DNA of 63,622 bases, the filler included, from Phoronis australis (lineage: Eukaryota; Animalia; Phoronida), in assembly GCA_002633005.1 (NCBI GenBank). It is 9 parts of 9 records of this genome, joined end to end, with 100 filler letters (N's around TTAATTAATTAA, not from the genome) between each part and the next. Parts side by side here need not be neighbours in the genome. Positions count along the whole stretch, not along the records: positions 25,475 to 28,390 come from NMRA01000745.1; positions 28,491 to 48,330 come from NMRA01000549.1; 7 more parts are not named here. One strand, written 5' to 3'. A program made the translations under genes and the position numbers. How positions within the stretch are numbered: position 1 is the stretch's first letter; every line of letters begins with the position of its first letter. The notes below the pieces were generated by a model. That model saw only the letters and a program-made list of their open reading frames with translations, ran no database searches and was not told the DNA's origin. This document shows, one piece after another, positions 25,931 through 37,500 of this stretch.

Positions 25931-26574
25931 TTAAGGATTCTATAGGTTATGTATACCGAAAACAAGTTTTCACGGAATAATTAACCAAAGACTTAGAGAT
26001 TTTCACATGTCCCAGTTTAATCGGCTTTTTCTCGGCTTCGGCAAATCGACTTTATTTGAACTTAGGAACACGATTTCTCGAAAATGGCTCGATAGATTTC
26101 TCTGAAACTTTCCAAATTCAATATTTAGTCACCAATCTCAAAAACGCTGTTAGGATTTTTGATATAAAAGCTTAGTTTTGTGCAATGTGACAAAGACGAA
26201 TACGACTTCAATTTTTTACAAAAATACCTTACGTTTTGCGAGTTGATTTGTCATAGAAACCAAAGGAACAAACTAATCGAAAATTCCTAACAGCGTTTTT
26301 GAGGTAATTGATGAAGTTTTCATTTAAAAAAGGTTTCGTTAAAATCGACCGAGGGGTTATTTTGCTATGAATGTACCTTTCTTAAAAATTATTTTTTACT
26401 GAAAAAAGCTTTTTAAGTAAAAACAATAATGACAAATAAATACAAAAAATATATTTATATTTCCTGGTCTTTGTTCTTTCAGAAAAATATTTACTTTTAC
26501 TAGTTGACAAAGCTTAGTTTTTTTATATAAGTGTTAGAATGGAGGCCACTAAATAAGGTTGGACATAACCTTAA
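25931..26574. mobile_element. Kolobok-like MITE (GGTTATGT...ACATAACC-TTAA)
   Basis: GGTTATGT at 25945, ACATAACC|TTAA at 26563-26574; internal inverted pair CTCAAAAACGCTGTTAGGA (~26138) / TCCTAACAGCGTTTTTGAG (~26285); same terminus type as 22489. Confidence 0.55.
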
Positions 26575-26844
26575 GGACAGTACGCCTTTTCCGTGAGTAT
26601 CCAGTTACCGTAACTCCGGCCGTCTTAGCGGCAAATCTCATACTGTAGGATTAATTTGTAATAGCTCCTCAGCGGGAACTTAGCACTGTATCCACGCAGT
26701 GTAAACGCCCTGCCTGTTCTTCTGTGCAAGTACGTGCATGCATACAAACTGAATGAGAGATCAAACGACACATGTATCAGAGATGTTGTGAGAGCTCGAA
26801 AGAAGTTTTAGTCCCACTAGAACCTCGCATTGTGACAAATTTGA

Positions 26845-27015
26845 TCAATAATACTGACAATATTCTAAATTATTGAATTTGTAGACGTCATTCATGTCAA
26901 TAAATGAACTGTTGATGAGTCTATCTTGGCTAAACCAGTCCATTTTGCTAGAATTTTCTCCCTCAGTTTCCATAGCGAAAACTTCGCTCCCCTCTTTGAA
27001 GAAAGCGAATTTGAC
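26845..27015 (-). pseudogene. Probable exon remnant of an uncharacterised invertebrate domain protein
   Basis: After TTGCAG: VKFAFFKEGSEVFAMETEGENSSKMDWFSQDRLINSSFIDM; a candidate upstream exon (27098-27281) has stops in all frames. Recognition is from memory only. Confidence 0.35.
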
Positions 27016-27664
27016 CTGCAATAGTTCTCACCATCACATTGTAAGGGTCATTCTCTATTATTACCAAAAACTTCAAAAGCCTACAAATCGTAACTACCTT
27101 TTTCCCACATCCCTTGTCACTCCTCTACCAGGGTCACGGCCCCCACGCGGGTTGTGGCGGTGGACAGCATTGTTCATCAACAACCCTCCCCATTTGGAAC
27201 ATACTGAACCGCAACACCACGTTACTTACAATATCTGTTTTTATCACACCGGCTGGTCTGCTCAGTCAGCTTGTCAGGAACCTGCTTTGCAGGTTTGTTA
27301 TATCCCAGTTGGCTGTTTGGTGTACCCACTTGGTACTTTATATGATCGATATTTGCCCATTTGGCATTTTGTACCCATTTGGTACTTGTTATTGAATTTG
27401 CGGTTTTGCTCGATCCACTTGGTAGGCAATCGGCCAATACCCATTTGGTATTATGTACCCATTTGGTACTATGCTAACCTGTGCCACTTAGTATCCGATA
27501 CTCAAATACACACTGGGTATCCTAAATGTTTGTGTTATCTCTTTTAATTAAGGAACTCATCTGGTTCCTTCTGTGAAATATTCATTGGTAGAGCTGTGTC
27601 CCTGAAATTCCCAATACAAATTATAATATATATAATTCTTGTTGTTTTATTTGTCCCAATAATT

Positions 27665-28095
27665 GACACTGATAGAGCCAAAGTTAACAGTCAACGCTAA
27701 TGTAGTTATTGGATGAACACCTTCTCCCGGATGGCACGCGACTTTATCCTGGAAACAATTACGTGTTTCTGCAAGATGAGGCTCCTTCACACACGAGCAA
27801 GATAGCCCGGGCTCATCTGGAGGAGGCCACATCCAAACTCATCAAGAAGAATGGGTGCCCTCCGCTCAGTCCTGACTTCCATCCAATAGACTACGTCATA
27901 TGGGATTCTTTGAAGGAGAAAGTTTACAGGGGAATGAGAAGCAAATTGACTGATCAGAAGTTGAAAGACAAGATAATTATGTCATGAGAGGAAATCTCGA
28001 TGGAAGAAATACGGAAAAGCATTTCTGGTTGGAATAAACCGCTCCGTTTAGTCGTGGAGGATTATGGAAGCCACAGTGAGCACAGACTGAAATAA
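27665..28095 (+). mobile_element. Tc1/mariner DD37D (maT-type) transposase remnant, C-terminal catalytic half
   Basis: FLQDEAPSHTS...CPPLSPDFHPIDYVIWDSLKEKV; 37 residues between the second D and the final D; internal TGA at 27985-27987, frame continues to ...GSHSEHRLK*. Confidence 0.85.
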
Positions 28096-29010
28096 GCAAG
28101 CTTCTCGTCGATATTTTATTTTTTTGACCTTTTTGCATAAAAATTGTACGCCGTATAGCTACAATGACGCGTCACGTTCTCATTGTTGAACAATGCACCT
28201 GATGTCGTGCAACAATCAAATTTATTGAGCGGATGACTTTTAAAGCTTTATGCAACTCAGCCCTGGGCCCAGTTGCATAAAAGTTACTACGTCGTATAGC
28301 AACAATGACGTCGCAACATTCTAATTCTATAGGTTTTCTACGTTTAGCAAATATATACACTTGCTAAATTAAAATCCAGAGCTTTTGTAANNNNNNNNNN
28401 NNNNNNNNNNNNNNNNNNNNNNNNNNNNNNNNNNTTAATTAATTAANNNNNNNNNNNNNNNNNNNNNNNNNNNNNNNNNNNNNNNNNNNNCAAACCAATC
28501 CCAGTGAATTCAGTCGTTGTTGACAAACATGAAATCTTTCACGAACCCAAATTTATGAAATTCTCTTTTATTACTGAGTAACATAGTGCTCTCCACAACA
28601 GAAAATTCTAAAACTTAACAGGAATTACTTATTAATTCACGAACACGATGCAAACTTGACGCTCACACTGTGGTGATGTGCATAATTCCACGAAATCCAA
28701 ACATTGAAACCGTGACAAACATCTCTAAAGTTCAATATATGTTCAAACATGATAAGGTTCTTCGAGATCAAACACATCGCATTATTTTTCACACTTGACA
28801 TAGGCCCACCTGTACAACAAGAATTAAATCTTGTTACCAATTCGAGGTTGTGGAGAATAGCAACACAAAAAATCTTCCTTCCCAAGCAATGAAAATAAAA
28901 TGCAGCAGAGAAATACTCTCATGACTGTCTTATGGTGAAAGATATTTTTAGGACATTAGTGAGAGTTGCTACAAGTAAAAGGCTATCAAAAGGGTGGTGG
29001 CAGTACTCAC

Positions 29011-29198
29011 TCTAGAAGACCATTGGCTAAGCTCTCAACTTTTTCGGACAAATTTTCAAACTGTCCGTGCACCCGGAGTTCCTCACAGGCGACTGACAGC
29101 CACAGGGGGTTCTCAGATGACTCCTTAGCTAACAGAGAAAACATCTGATCCATATCAAGCTGTTTGTTGAATTTGAGAAGGGTTTCCCTGACAATTTC
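29011..29198 (-). pseudogene. TEP1/NWD-like NACHT gene exon (helical domain)
   Basis: EIVRETLLKFNKQLDMDQMFSLLAKESSENPLWLSVACEELRVHGQFENLSEKVESLANGLL; NPL.L...CEELR motif; 188 nt, AG/GT. Confidence 0.85.
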
Positions 29199-29759
29199 CT
29201 AAAATTAGAGAAATCGTGATTATGACAGTTGAAGTAAAAAACAAAAGTACAATTTATTCTGGGCTTGAAGTGGGTAACTAGTCTGCATAGTGGCTGAAAA
29301 GATGGTTTATTATCCCTTATGGGTTGATGAATAGCTGAGCCCAGGACATACTGCTTATGTTTTTCATTCAACTATTTTCTGCAATAGCAGGGTGAATGAA
29401 TGGCCTAGTGAGTGAGACCTTAGTATTCTGCGCAGAACAGATCGATCATCCCAGCGTGAACTGAACACCTTTATAATTAAAAAATACATGAAACAATATC
29501 ACCTTTTATATCAATTAATATGTCATTTGATTTTAATTAAATACAAAAAAATAATTGAAGATCATTGATGACCATCCACCATGTGGCAAAAATGTAATAG
29601 CACATAATTTTTTAAACATTTCCAATAGAGGGAGCCATGCTAGTGCAATCAAATCGAGTCTCAGGGGTGCAGTACTGTGCTACTCATACGAAAACTGGTG
29701 AATGTAACTCTGGTAAATACCAAGATTGCCGTAAAGAAAAATAAAATTTTAACTAGAGG

Positions 29760-30668
29760 ACACTGCATCACTCGGATCCATACAATAATGGACGCCACAA
29801 CACTAATCAGAGCTCTAAAAATGTGCAAGTGCTGCCCAGTCTTGGATAAAGGATCTGTCACATGGAAGCTATTAAATCAAATGCAAAAAATAAACTTCAA
29901 GTTTCGTACAGATCAGTCGAGGGACTTCGCTGACAAACTGTTAAAACAAGTGGGAGAGCACCAACCAAACCGGTCAGAAAGTTGTCCTCGCTTGCTGTCA
30001 GTTTCATAGAAATACATTTGTTAAATTTCATAGATCCTCCAAGAGATTTAGAAGATACAGCTGTGGACAACAGATGCCTGGGTAGAGAAGACAGCAATAT
30101 GCACACATATGCACGCAAATATTTGGTTGTATAAGAATCAACAAAAATATCTACCTTCCTGGACTTCAGATCCAGTGGCTTTACGTGCAATACCGTAGGC
30201 TTAGCCTCCCGACNACACTGCATCACTCGGATCCATACAATAATGGACGCCACAACACTAATCAGAGCTCTAAAAATGTGCAAGTGCTGCCCTCTCTTGG
30301 ATAAAGGATCTGTCAAGTGGAAGCTATTAAATCAAATGCAAAAAATAAACTTCAAGTTTCGTACAGATCAGTCGAGGGACTTCGCTGACAAACTGTTACA
30401 ACAAGTGGGAAAGCAGCAACCAAACCGGTCAGAAAGTTGTCCTCGCTTGTTGTCAGTTTCATAGAAATACATTTGTTAAATTTCATAGATCCTCCAAGAG
30501 ATTTAGAAGATACAGCTGTGAACAACAGATGCCTGGGTAGAGAAGACAGCAATATGCACACATATGCACGCAAATATTTGGTTGTATAAGAATCAACAAA
30601 AATATCTACCTTCCTGGACTTCAGATCCAATGGCTTTACGTGCAATACCGTAGGCTTAGCCTCCCGAC
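29760..30668. repeat. ~454-bp direct duplication across a single n (probable haplotype overlap)
   Basis: 29760-30213 vs 30215-30668 are near-identical with scattered substitutions. Confidence 0.85.
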
Positions 30669-30777
30669 TGGTTAGGTGAACGTGTGGGGGTGTGTCATTA
30701 ATCATTTAGACGACCAATCGGATCTGAGGACCCAGTTTCTGAGGTATCCAGGTCGTCACCTCAGTATCGTCGTTAAG
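30610..30777 (-). pseudogene. TEP1/NWD-like NACHT gene exon with premature stop
   Basis: LNDDTEVTTWIPQKLGPQIRLVV*MINDTPPH...KPLDLKSRK; TAA at 30706-30708 where the sensor-1 Ser (TCA) is expected. Confidence 0.82.
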
Positions 30778-31284
30778 CTAATTAAATAGCAGATTTCATG
30801 AACAGCATTTAATTCAGAATCAATAGTTACGCCATGTCAAAGATGAGGAATTCGTAAACAGCATTTAATTCAATAATAAAGCCACCATTTTAAAGACGAT
30901 GAATGACAAAAACATCACTGGAAAATCGTGTTATGAAACATAAAAAACAGAAAACCAATGATGACTCTGTTGATGACTACCATGATGATTATTTTTTGAC
31001 TGCAGCACTATATCCACATAGCAAAGGCATGGGAGATAACTCTTGGATGCCTTCTTAAGAGCCTAAAATGGTCAATAGCTAGAAGATACCATTTGATCAT
31101 TCACCAGATTCAGAGCCCTTTTTAGTAAAATTCACATGATCAATGACATGTAGTTTGAACAACATCACTTCCACGTTCATGCATCAATGAACATGATCAT
31201 TTTAGTTACCAACAAGTTACTATAATAGTTTACCAGATTCAAAGCCTTGAATCTACACGCACCGTGAAATAACAACTCATTTAC

Positions 31285-31392
31285 CTGATTCAGAGCATCA
31301 ATGAAAAGGATTATTGGTTTGGAATTGGTACTCGACAGAATGCTGAAGACAATTTGATTTGTTGCCACGAGATCAGTTGGCATGGTGTCATC
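31285..31392 (-). pseudogene. TEP1/NWD-like NACHT gene, Walker B exon
   Basis: DDTMPTDLVATNQIVFSILSSTNSKPIILFIDALNQ; 108 nt, AG/GT. Confidence 0.85.
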
Positions 31393-32004
31393 CTGAAATT
31401 ACAAATATTACTTACAGCTGCATTTCATTACGATTAACTGGCTAAAAAACGAAAATCAATGTATGCCATTACTCTCATAAAGATGGTGTCATGATAGTCC
31501 TTGCTCTGATAATATTTAACACCAAAAGGAACATTGAAACCGTCAGAAGCTCAAGAAAAGGATCCGGATTTTATTGGATTGGCCGATCCTAAAACTGTGA
31601 AATTCACACTGCCTGTGACTTGAATTGGCGAGGAATATTTACGAGACCAATTATATCAGTGTAAAAGGCCCTAGTAATATAATTACTAGCTAAACAGGGT
31701 GAAATTGAGTTTTAATAATCGCAAGAAATAAGGTAAAGAATGCAATGCAATGACTGGTGTACTAGCGAACTTTTCTTTTGCCATTTTTCCATGAAATGTA
31801 CGTAGCACAAAATTAAACAACATTTCACGTCAGGTTTCCCTTAACGGCCACCACCAAACTGTAGACTTTCATGAAAAATGAAAAAATGGCATTTTTGGCA
31901 AACACTCTCCACGAAACTGACATTTAGTAATGATTACCTAAAAGGACCAACAGAGGGGGTAAGCATGCATGAAATGGGGGGGATGTGTTGTGCAGTTCAC
32001 TTAC

Positions 32005-32116
32005 AGTGCAGACGCTGAGCTCCTTCAGCAGACGTTTCAACATAGGCTCCACCTCCACAGAGCCGGGGACAGCTCCGACATAGTGGTAGAACACAGACCA
32101 GCCTTCAGGGCCACCA
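32005..32116 (-). pseudogene. TEP1/NWD-like NACHT gene exon
   Basis: GGPEGWSVFYHYVGAVPGSVEVEPMLKRLLKELSVCT; H(F/Y)VGA..GS motif; phase matches both neighbours. Confidence 0.85.
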
Positions 32117-32835
32117 CTGTAAAAAATGGAATTGTGTGTCACGTATAACGTCATGCAGCCCCAGTGCAGTGACGGAGCACCCCACAGAGAATAACAAAGC
32201 AAATATGCCATCAATTGAACACACTGAATTAAAAAGCCCATGTTAAATGAGCAGAACATGGAGGAAGCCACATGCTGACCATGTTTTCCTAGTATGTGTG
32301 TAATTCAGCAATGAATGCTATAGGTTTGTGTCTGAGTGGGTCATGACCCTTCGTCGAACATATTCTTGTAACTCTGTGGGATTATATTTTTACGTAATGA
32401 TGAGACAAAGACAGCCTCGAAATATAGCCGTCATTTCAATCATTAGTTTTCTTATGTCTCTTGGCCGTCTGCTTTATTGTTGCGCTGCGAATGACTATCA
32501 AAGATAGAGAGCTCGTAAGTATCACTAAAAATTAATAATCGTAAATAATGTAATAAGCACCAATATGTTAATTTGGCAGGACACCTTCTATAATTTATTC
32601 GCCATTTCTATTTCAATCTCAAGCAACACCAAGATGGCAGAATTTCAAATAAAATATTTCCAGTTGATTTTCAAATGATTAAGATTTAGTAACCCTATAG
32701 ACTTCTGCTGCAACTTCATCAACAAAATTTGTCAAAAATTTAAAATTCCTGTTCTAAGTTAACCTTTTAAATCACGGTGCCAAAACAGCGTCATGTGATA
32801 TGCATACTAAGGCTAACTTCACCAACAGACGGGCA

Positions 32836-33070
32836 GAGGAGGCAGTGTGGCCTAACTGATAAGTGCCCGCTTTCTTTACTAGAGGTCATGGGTTCAAGTC
32901 CCACCAGGACACACTGCTAAACACTTGAGCCAGGTTTCTAGCTCCTCAGCTCAGTTTTAACCATATATCAATAAAGCATAAAAATATTTCCAGGTGATCA
33001 GTGCAATGGGCCCACATGCGAGGCCTGCACACGTCTGGTACGTGTATCAGACCGCCTGCAATTATTTTTT
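32836..33070 (+). mobile_element. tRNA-derived SINE family B, copy 1 (~235 bp)
   Basis: Head GAGGCAGTGTGGCCTAA (box A), GGTTCAAGTCCC (box B), body CTTGAGCCAGGTTTCTAGC...GGCCCACATGC...TCTGGTAC; aligns with 50554-50790. Confidence 0.8.
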
Positions 33071-33127
33071 TAACAGACGGGCAGTGCCGAGTGATGTACC
33101 TCACAATCCACACGCAAGTCGACTCAC

Positions 33128-33264
33128 CCAGATATGCCACCAGCGCGTGTTTTAGCCTCGGTGTCGTCCGCTGCCTTACACATTACACTGGTCTTTCCTG
33201 AGCCTGGGCCGGCTATTATCATCAAGGGCTTGTCATTGCCAATACCTTCCACATATTCTGAGAT
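33128..33264 (-). pseudogene. TEP1/NWD-like NACHT gene, Walker A exon
   Basis: ISEYVEGIGNDKPLMIIAGPGSGKTSVMCKAAD...; 137 nt, AG/GT. Confidence 0.85.
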
Positions 33265-33902
33265 CTGAAGGATAATAATAGTTTTGTGATACCGATTAGC
33301 AACAACTCCAATTGAAAAGATATTAAATTAATGGTTACCATTATAACAGTATCGATATGCCATGATAATAACAACAATGACAGTTAATTAGATCAGGGCC
33401 AGTGACCAGCAAGCCGTGAACTTGTAACTCCACTCAAATACTGACCAATCACATGCCATGCTTTGAGTAGTTTTTTCAATGTCCACAAAGCGATTGGTCA
33501 AATTTTCAGTCTAGTCTAGGCTTAAATTTTTGGTCTCAAATCCAGCAAATGCAGCAAAAGAAATGCAACTAATACAAGCAAAACCACAACAAAAATGCAA
33601 GCAACAAAGGATACTATGAGTATTTATAGCTATATTTTGTTAGAAAACAAAGAGGTAACTAAGGAAATTGCTTTATGACATAACAGTGACAGTTTAGATC
33701 AAATGTTTTATCATAAATGAAATGAAGCGTTTGGTAAAATAAGACTTTAAATCAGAATTTTGTCTGATGGACACAGCACAATATAGCAAAAGAAAGAATA
33801 CACTGAGATGGACAAAAGAAATTACAGTCAGTTATAGGTTAGCAACAGTATGACAAACAAATTCGTCTCAATTTGTAATACATTAATTTGAAACCAACTC
33901 AC

Positions 33903-34057
33903 AGACTCGAGTATGTCTGACCGTCCGTAGATCTACATTCACACTTTGCCTTCATGAAACCTTTGTGGCTCTGCCGCACATAAATATACGGGTCAATGTT
34001 ACTCGCTTTAATGTCAGGATACTGGCGGTCAATCTTCTCCTTGAAGAGGTCAAATAC
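33903..34057 (-). pseudogene. TEP1/NWD-like NACHT NTPase gene, exon with frameshift
   Basis: VFDLFKEKIDRQYPD...HKGFMKAKCEC then IYGRSDILES in a shifted frame; 155 nt from a phase-0 reading to a donor that must be phase 0. Confidence 0.75.
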
Positions 34058-34404
34058 CTACAAACAGACAGAACCCTATGACGTTTATGAGTTCAAAAGC
34101 GTTACACAGGCATCACATGCAAACATGGAGGCATGTTCTGATGAGTATTCTTAAAACTTGACTAATACCTCACAATTCATGGGCTTGTTTCTGAAACGAA
34201 CACACGATTCAAATTTTAGCTGGCAGTAACCAACAGTAACAAGTTCTCAAGCCGGAAGAATTTCTAAAATCAGACGAATTTACCCAAGAAGGAATAAGAA
34301 TTTGGAAAAATTCCATTTGGGGAAAGTTTTTAAGTTTTTATTGAAAGATATTCATTTGGTGAAATTCGAGCTTAACGCCATTGATATGATTTAAAGCAAG
34401 TTGA

Positions 34405-34563
34405 TAAGGCAACACGCAGCCCCTCGGTTGACAAGCAACACGTAGCCCCTCGGTTGGTAGGCAAAACGTAGCCCCTCGGTTGGCAGGCAACACGTAGCCC
34501 CTCGGTTGGTAGGCAACACGTAGCCCCTCAGTTGGTAGGCAACACGTAGCCCCTCAGTTGGCT
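34405..34563. repeat. 26-bp minisatellite, ~6 copies
   Basis: Unit AGGCAACACGTAGCCCCTCGGTTGGT. Confidence 0.9.
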
Positions 34564-37500
34564 GGTTAGGGGCTACAGTACATCCCACTGCTGTCTGTAC
34601 TAATTTCGTTCCCTTTATTTTAAACGGGTGGTAAGCAATACCTGCTCACTGATTAAGAGTTTTCAACTCGTCAAAAACACATTCTACACTATCCTTTAAA
34701 AAGCGCTTACTTTCTTAGTGATCCTTTCTGCTTCTAAGAATATCTTTGATTAAGCATACTTACAAGAGTTAACTTAGGTGAATTTGGCGAAGAATTCCAA
34801 CTCCAATTTTTGGTCACCATTAAGTTTTTCACCATGCACATGACAACCACAAAGTATTTCAATTGAGTTAGGTAAAGGCTAGCGCGAGACTGAGCGACAG
34901 CCACTGGCGCGTGACGCTTGCAAATAGCATGTGAAAATATCAGGTGAAATTTGTAACATTTGTGACCCTTGGATATTTGTTCGCCAACAGGCACAAGTTT
35001 ACATAATTTCCTCGTAATGGTCACTCATTTATTGTACGTTGAGAACGTTTATTTGAGAATCTGTTACTTTACTTTTTGTAGCTTAAGAATGTGGAGTTTA
35101 AGTAATAAAAATTTTTGAAAATGGAACTTGGGACATTGAAAATGACCCATCCAAAAACAAAATGGCCGACTTCGACCGCCCTACCATGGGTATGTTCAAG
35201 TCATGTCGACTAAGTTGTTTTCAGAGTCATGATGTATTAATTAGAACCCCATGAGGATATATGTATGTTTCATCGGATTATACATGCTGTATTTTGAAAT
35301 GATTAACTTTTTGTGAGGATGTAATATCGCCCCTGTATGCCTGCTGCATTCGGGGCGATGGCCTACTAACTCTGTCGAAATGATCAGCTGCTGAAAGAAT
35401 GGTCGTGAAGGCAAATCACAAACGCCAATAACAGAGACATTATGTATAGGTAATTTAACAATACGTTGTGATGGGCTATAAGCAACACTAATGGCTCCAA
35501 AATTTGTTACTATTAAAAAGGAACTTACTCGAAATCGGCTGAAGGCATGCTTCGAATATTTCGCACAAATTTTTACAATATGGCTCACCAAGACTTGACA
35601 GGTTAAGAATAATTAATATTTTATATTACAATGACACTATATGAAATATTTTCACATTTTTATGATTATATTTAATCCAAGATTACAAAAATTGCTTACA
35701 TATTGAACTATAGCTCATACATGCATACATTATTTGTTAAATGTTACAAAAAACATTGATAGTCGGTCTTAGTCTTACAACCATGGTTTTGTTAGGAACA
35801 CCGATGATTTTTTTCCACCATTGCAACTGGATAAGTGACTAGAACGCATGGCTTTAGAGATCGTAAGTCACCGATCTACACGTCAGCGTTTAGATGTAGA
35901 AAAAATAGGTTTGATTTGAATTTAACTGTGTCGTTCACCAAACTCGGTTCCAGTAACAATAAACTGAAAGTTTAAATGCATTGTGCCAATTCAGGGCTGC
36001 AAGAAGTGAGGGGCCGGGCATACTCTCCTCGATCATTTGCGGGTTTCGGGGATGAACTGGGGCCGAGGGCAGTCGAGAAAAGAATAACAGCGAAACATGA
36101 AAAAGAGAGAAGATTCAAGAAAAACGTTGTCAACCACCAGTGCTTGGTTTACCATTTAAGGGCTCTGGCTAGGACCGGCATCGACCTCATTTTTGCAGAA
36201 GATCGTCTAATTGCACTTGAAAACGTGATTTTATTACTCACCTCAATTTTCAAAGCGCAACTTCTGCAGAATATGTTCATTCGTTGGATTTTTAAAATCC
36301 AGAAGGCAATTTTAAGGAATGTAAAATTGACGATTAAGACCTAAGCTGGGAAGAAATGGTTATGCTTCAGTGACTTAAGTTGCAGACTGAAGTAAAGAAA
36401 ATCACCCGTTCCCCAAATAACAATTTTCACTTAACGACATTTGCCTATCTAAAACACAGTAAAAAACACCAATGAAATTCGAAAAGTTTTACAGTGTGCC
36501 TCCCCCGGTTTCACCCCCACGGGGGTCGGTCGATACAAAATTTGCATCATCGGGAGAATGGGGAAGGTGGTGGGATATGATAAATATTTACCTTCTTACG
36601 GGTCTGCACCATGAAAGTTATATTAGAAGTGGACCCAATCATGCTTTTCACAAACTCGAATTAAATGCAGGGGCCGATACAGGATTTTGAGTTAGGTGGG
36701 CCAGGGCAGAGTATAGGCCAGGGTTGGATAATGGAACCTGGGAGAATTTTAGGGGGCATAGCCCCCTTGGCCCCCTCTAAATCCGCCACTGCACAGTCAT
36801 CGGATTGGCAACGACAAAAATTGGCCATTATGAGCGATCTCATTGGGTCAACATGCTGCCTGCCGCCGTTTATTTGTTGACAGCATACCAAATTTTGTGT
36901 ATATGAATGTATTCATTCACGCGCTGTGGTGGATAACTGAGGTTTGCGTCCGGCTGACGTCACTGAGACTGGTGATTATACATCTTTTCATATTTTAATT
37001 AATTACACCTTGAATGCCGTTTCATGCAGTTACATTGTTCATTAACTATTCAGTATACAATGACATTTAAGAAAAAAGTGATAAACTACTTCAAGCTTCT
37101 ATCCCATAAAAGTTTTCTGATAGGCAAAAAATTGGGCAAAGATCTATCACGTAGACTTGAAATGTACTGTGGATAGCTCGTCACATTGGTAGTATTGTAG
37201 GACTTTACATAAAAGTTTTGAAATAAAATCTTTTCTTTAGAAAGTGAAAGTTTGTGATCCTGATACATGTATAGTGTATGTTACCGTAAAAAAGAGACAT
37301 TGGGACATATTGTTATGACACTAAAGAAAATGAACTCTGAAAAATAATGATATTCATAAAAAGAGACAATGGAACACCTGGAGCCCGTTCCAACAAAACT
37401 GATTTAGCTAAGGTAAATCTTAAATTTTTGTAAATTTTAAAATAAAATTTAAATTTGTCTCAAAACCAATTCAAGAAAGAGATCTTAAGTTTGACTTAAG

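Noticed and set aside
30706-30708. Stop-codon recoding (selenocysteine or readthrough) in the NACHT gene
   Set aside because: The stop is TAA rather than TGA, and an independent frameshift exists upstream.
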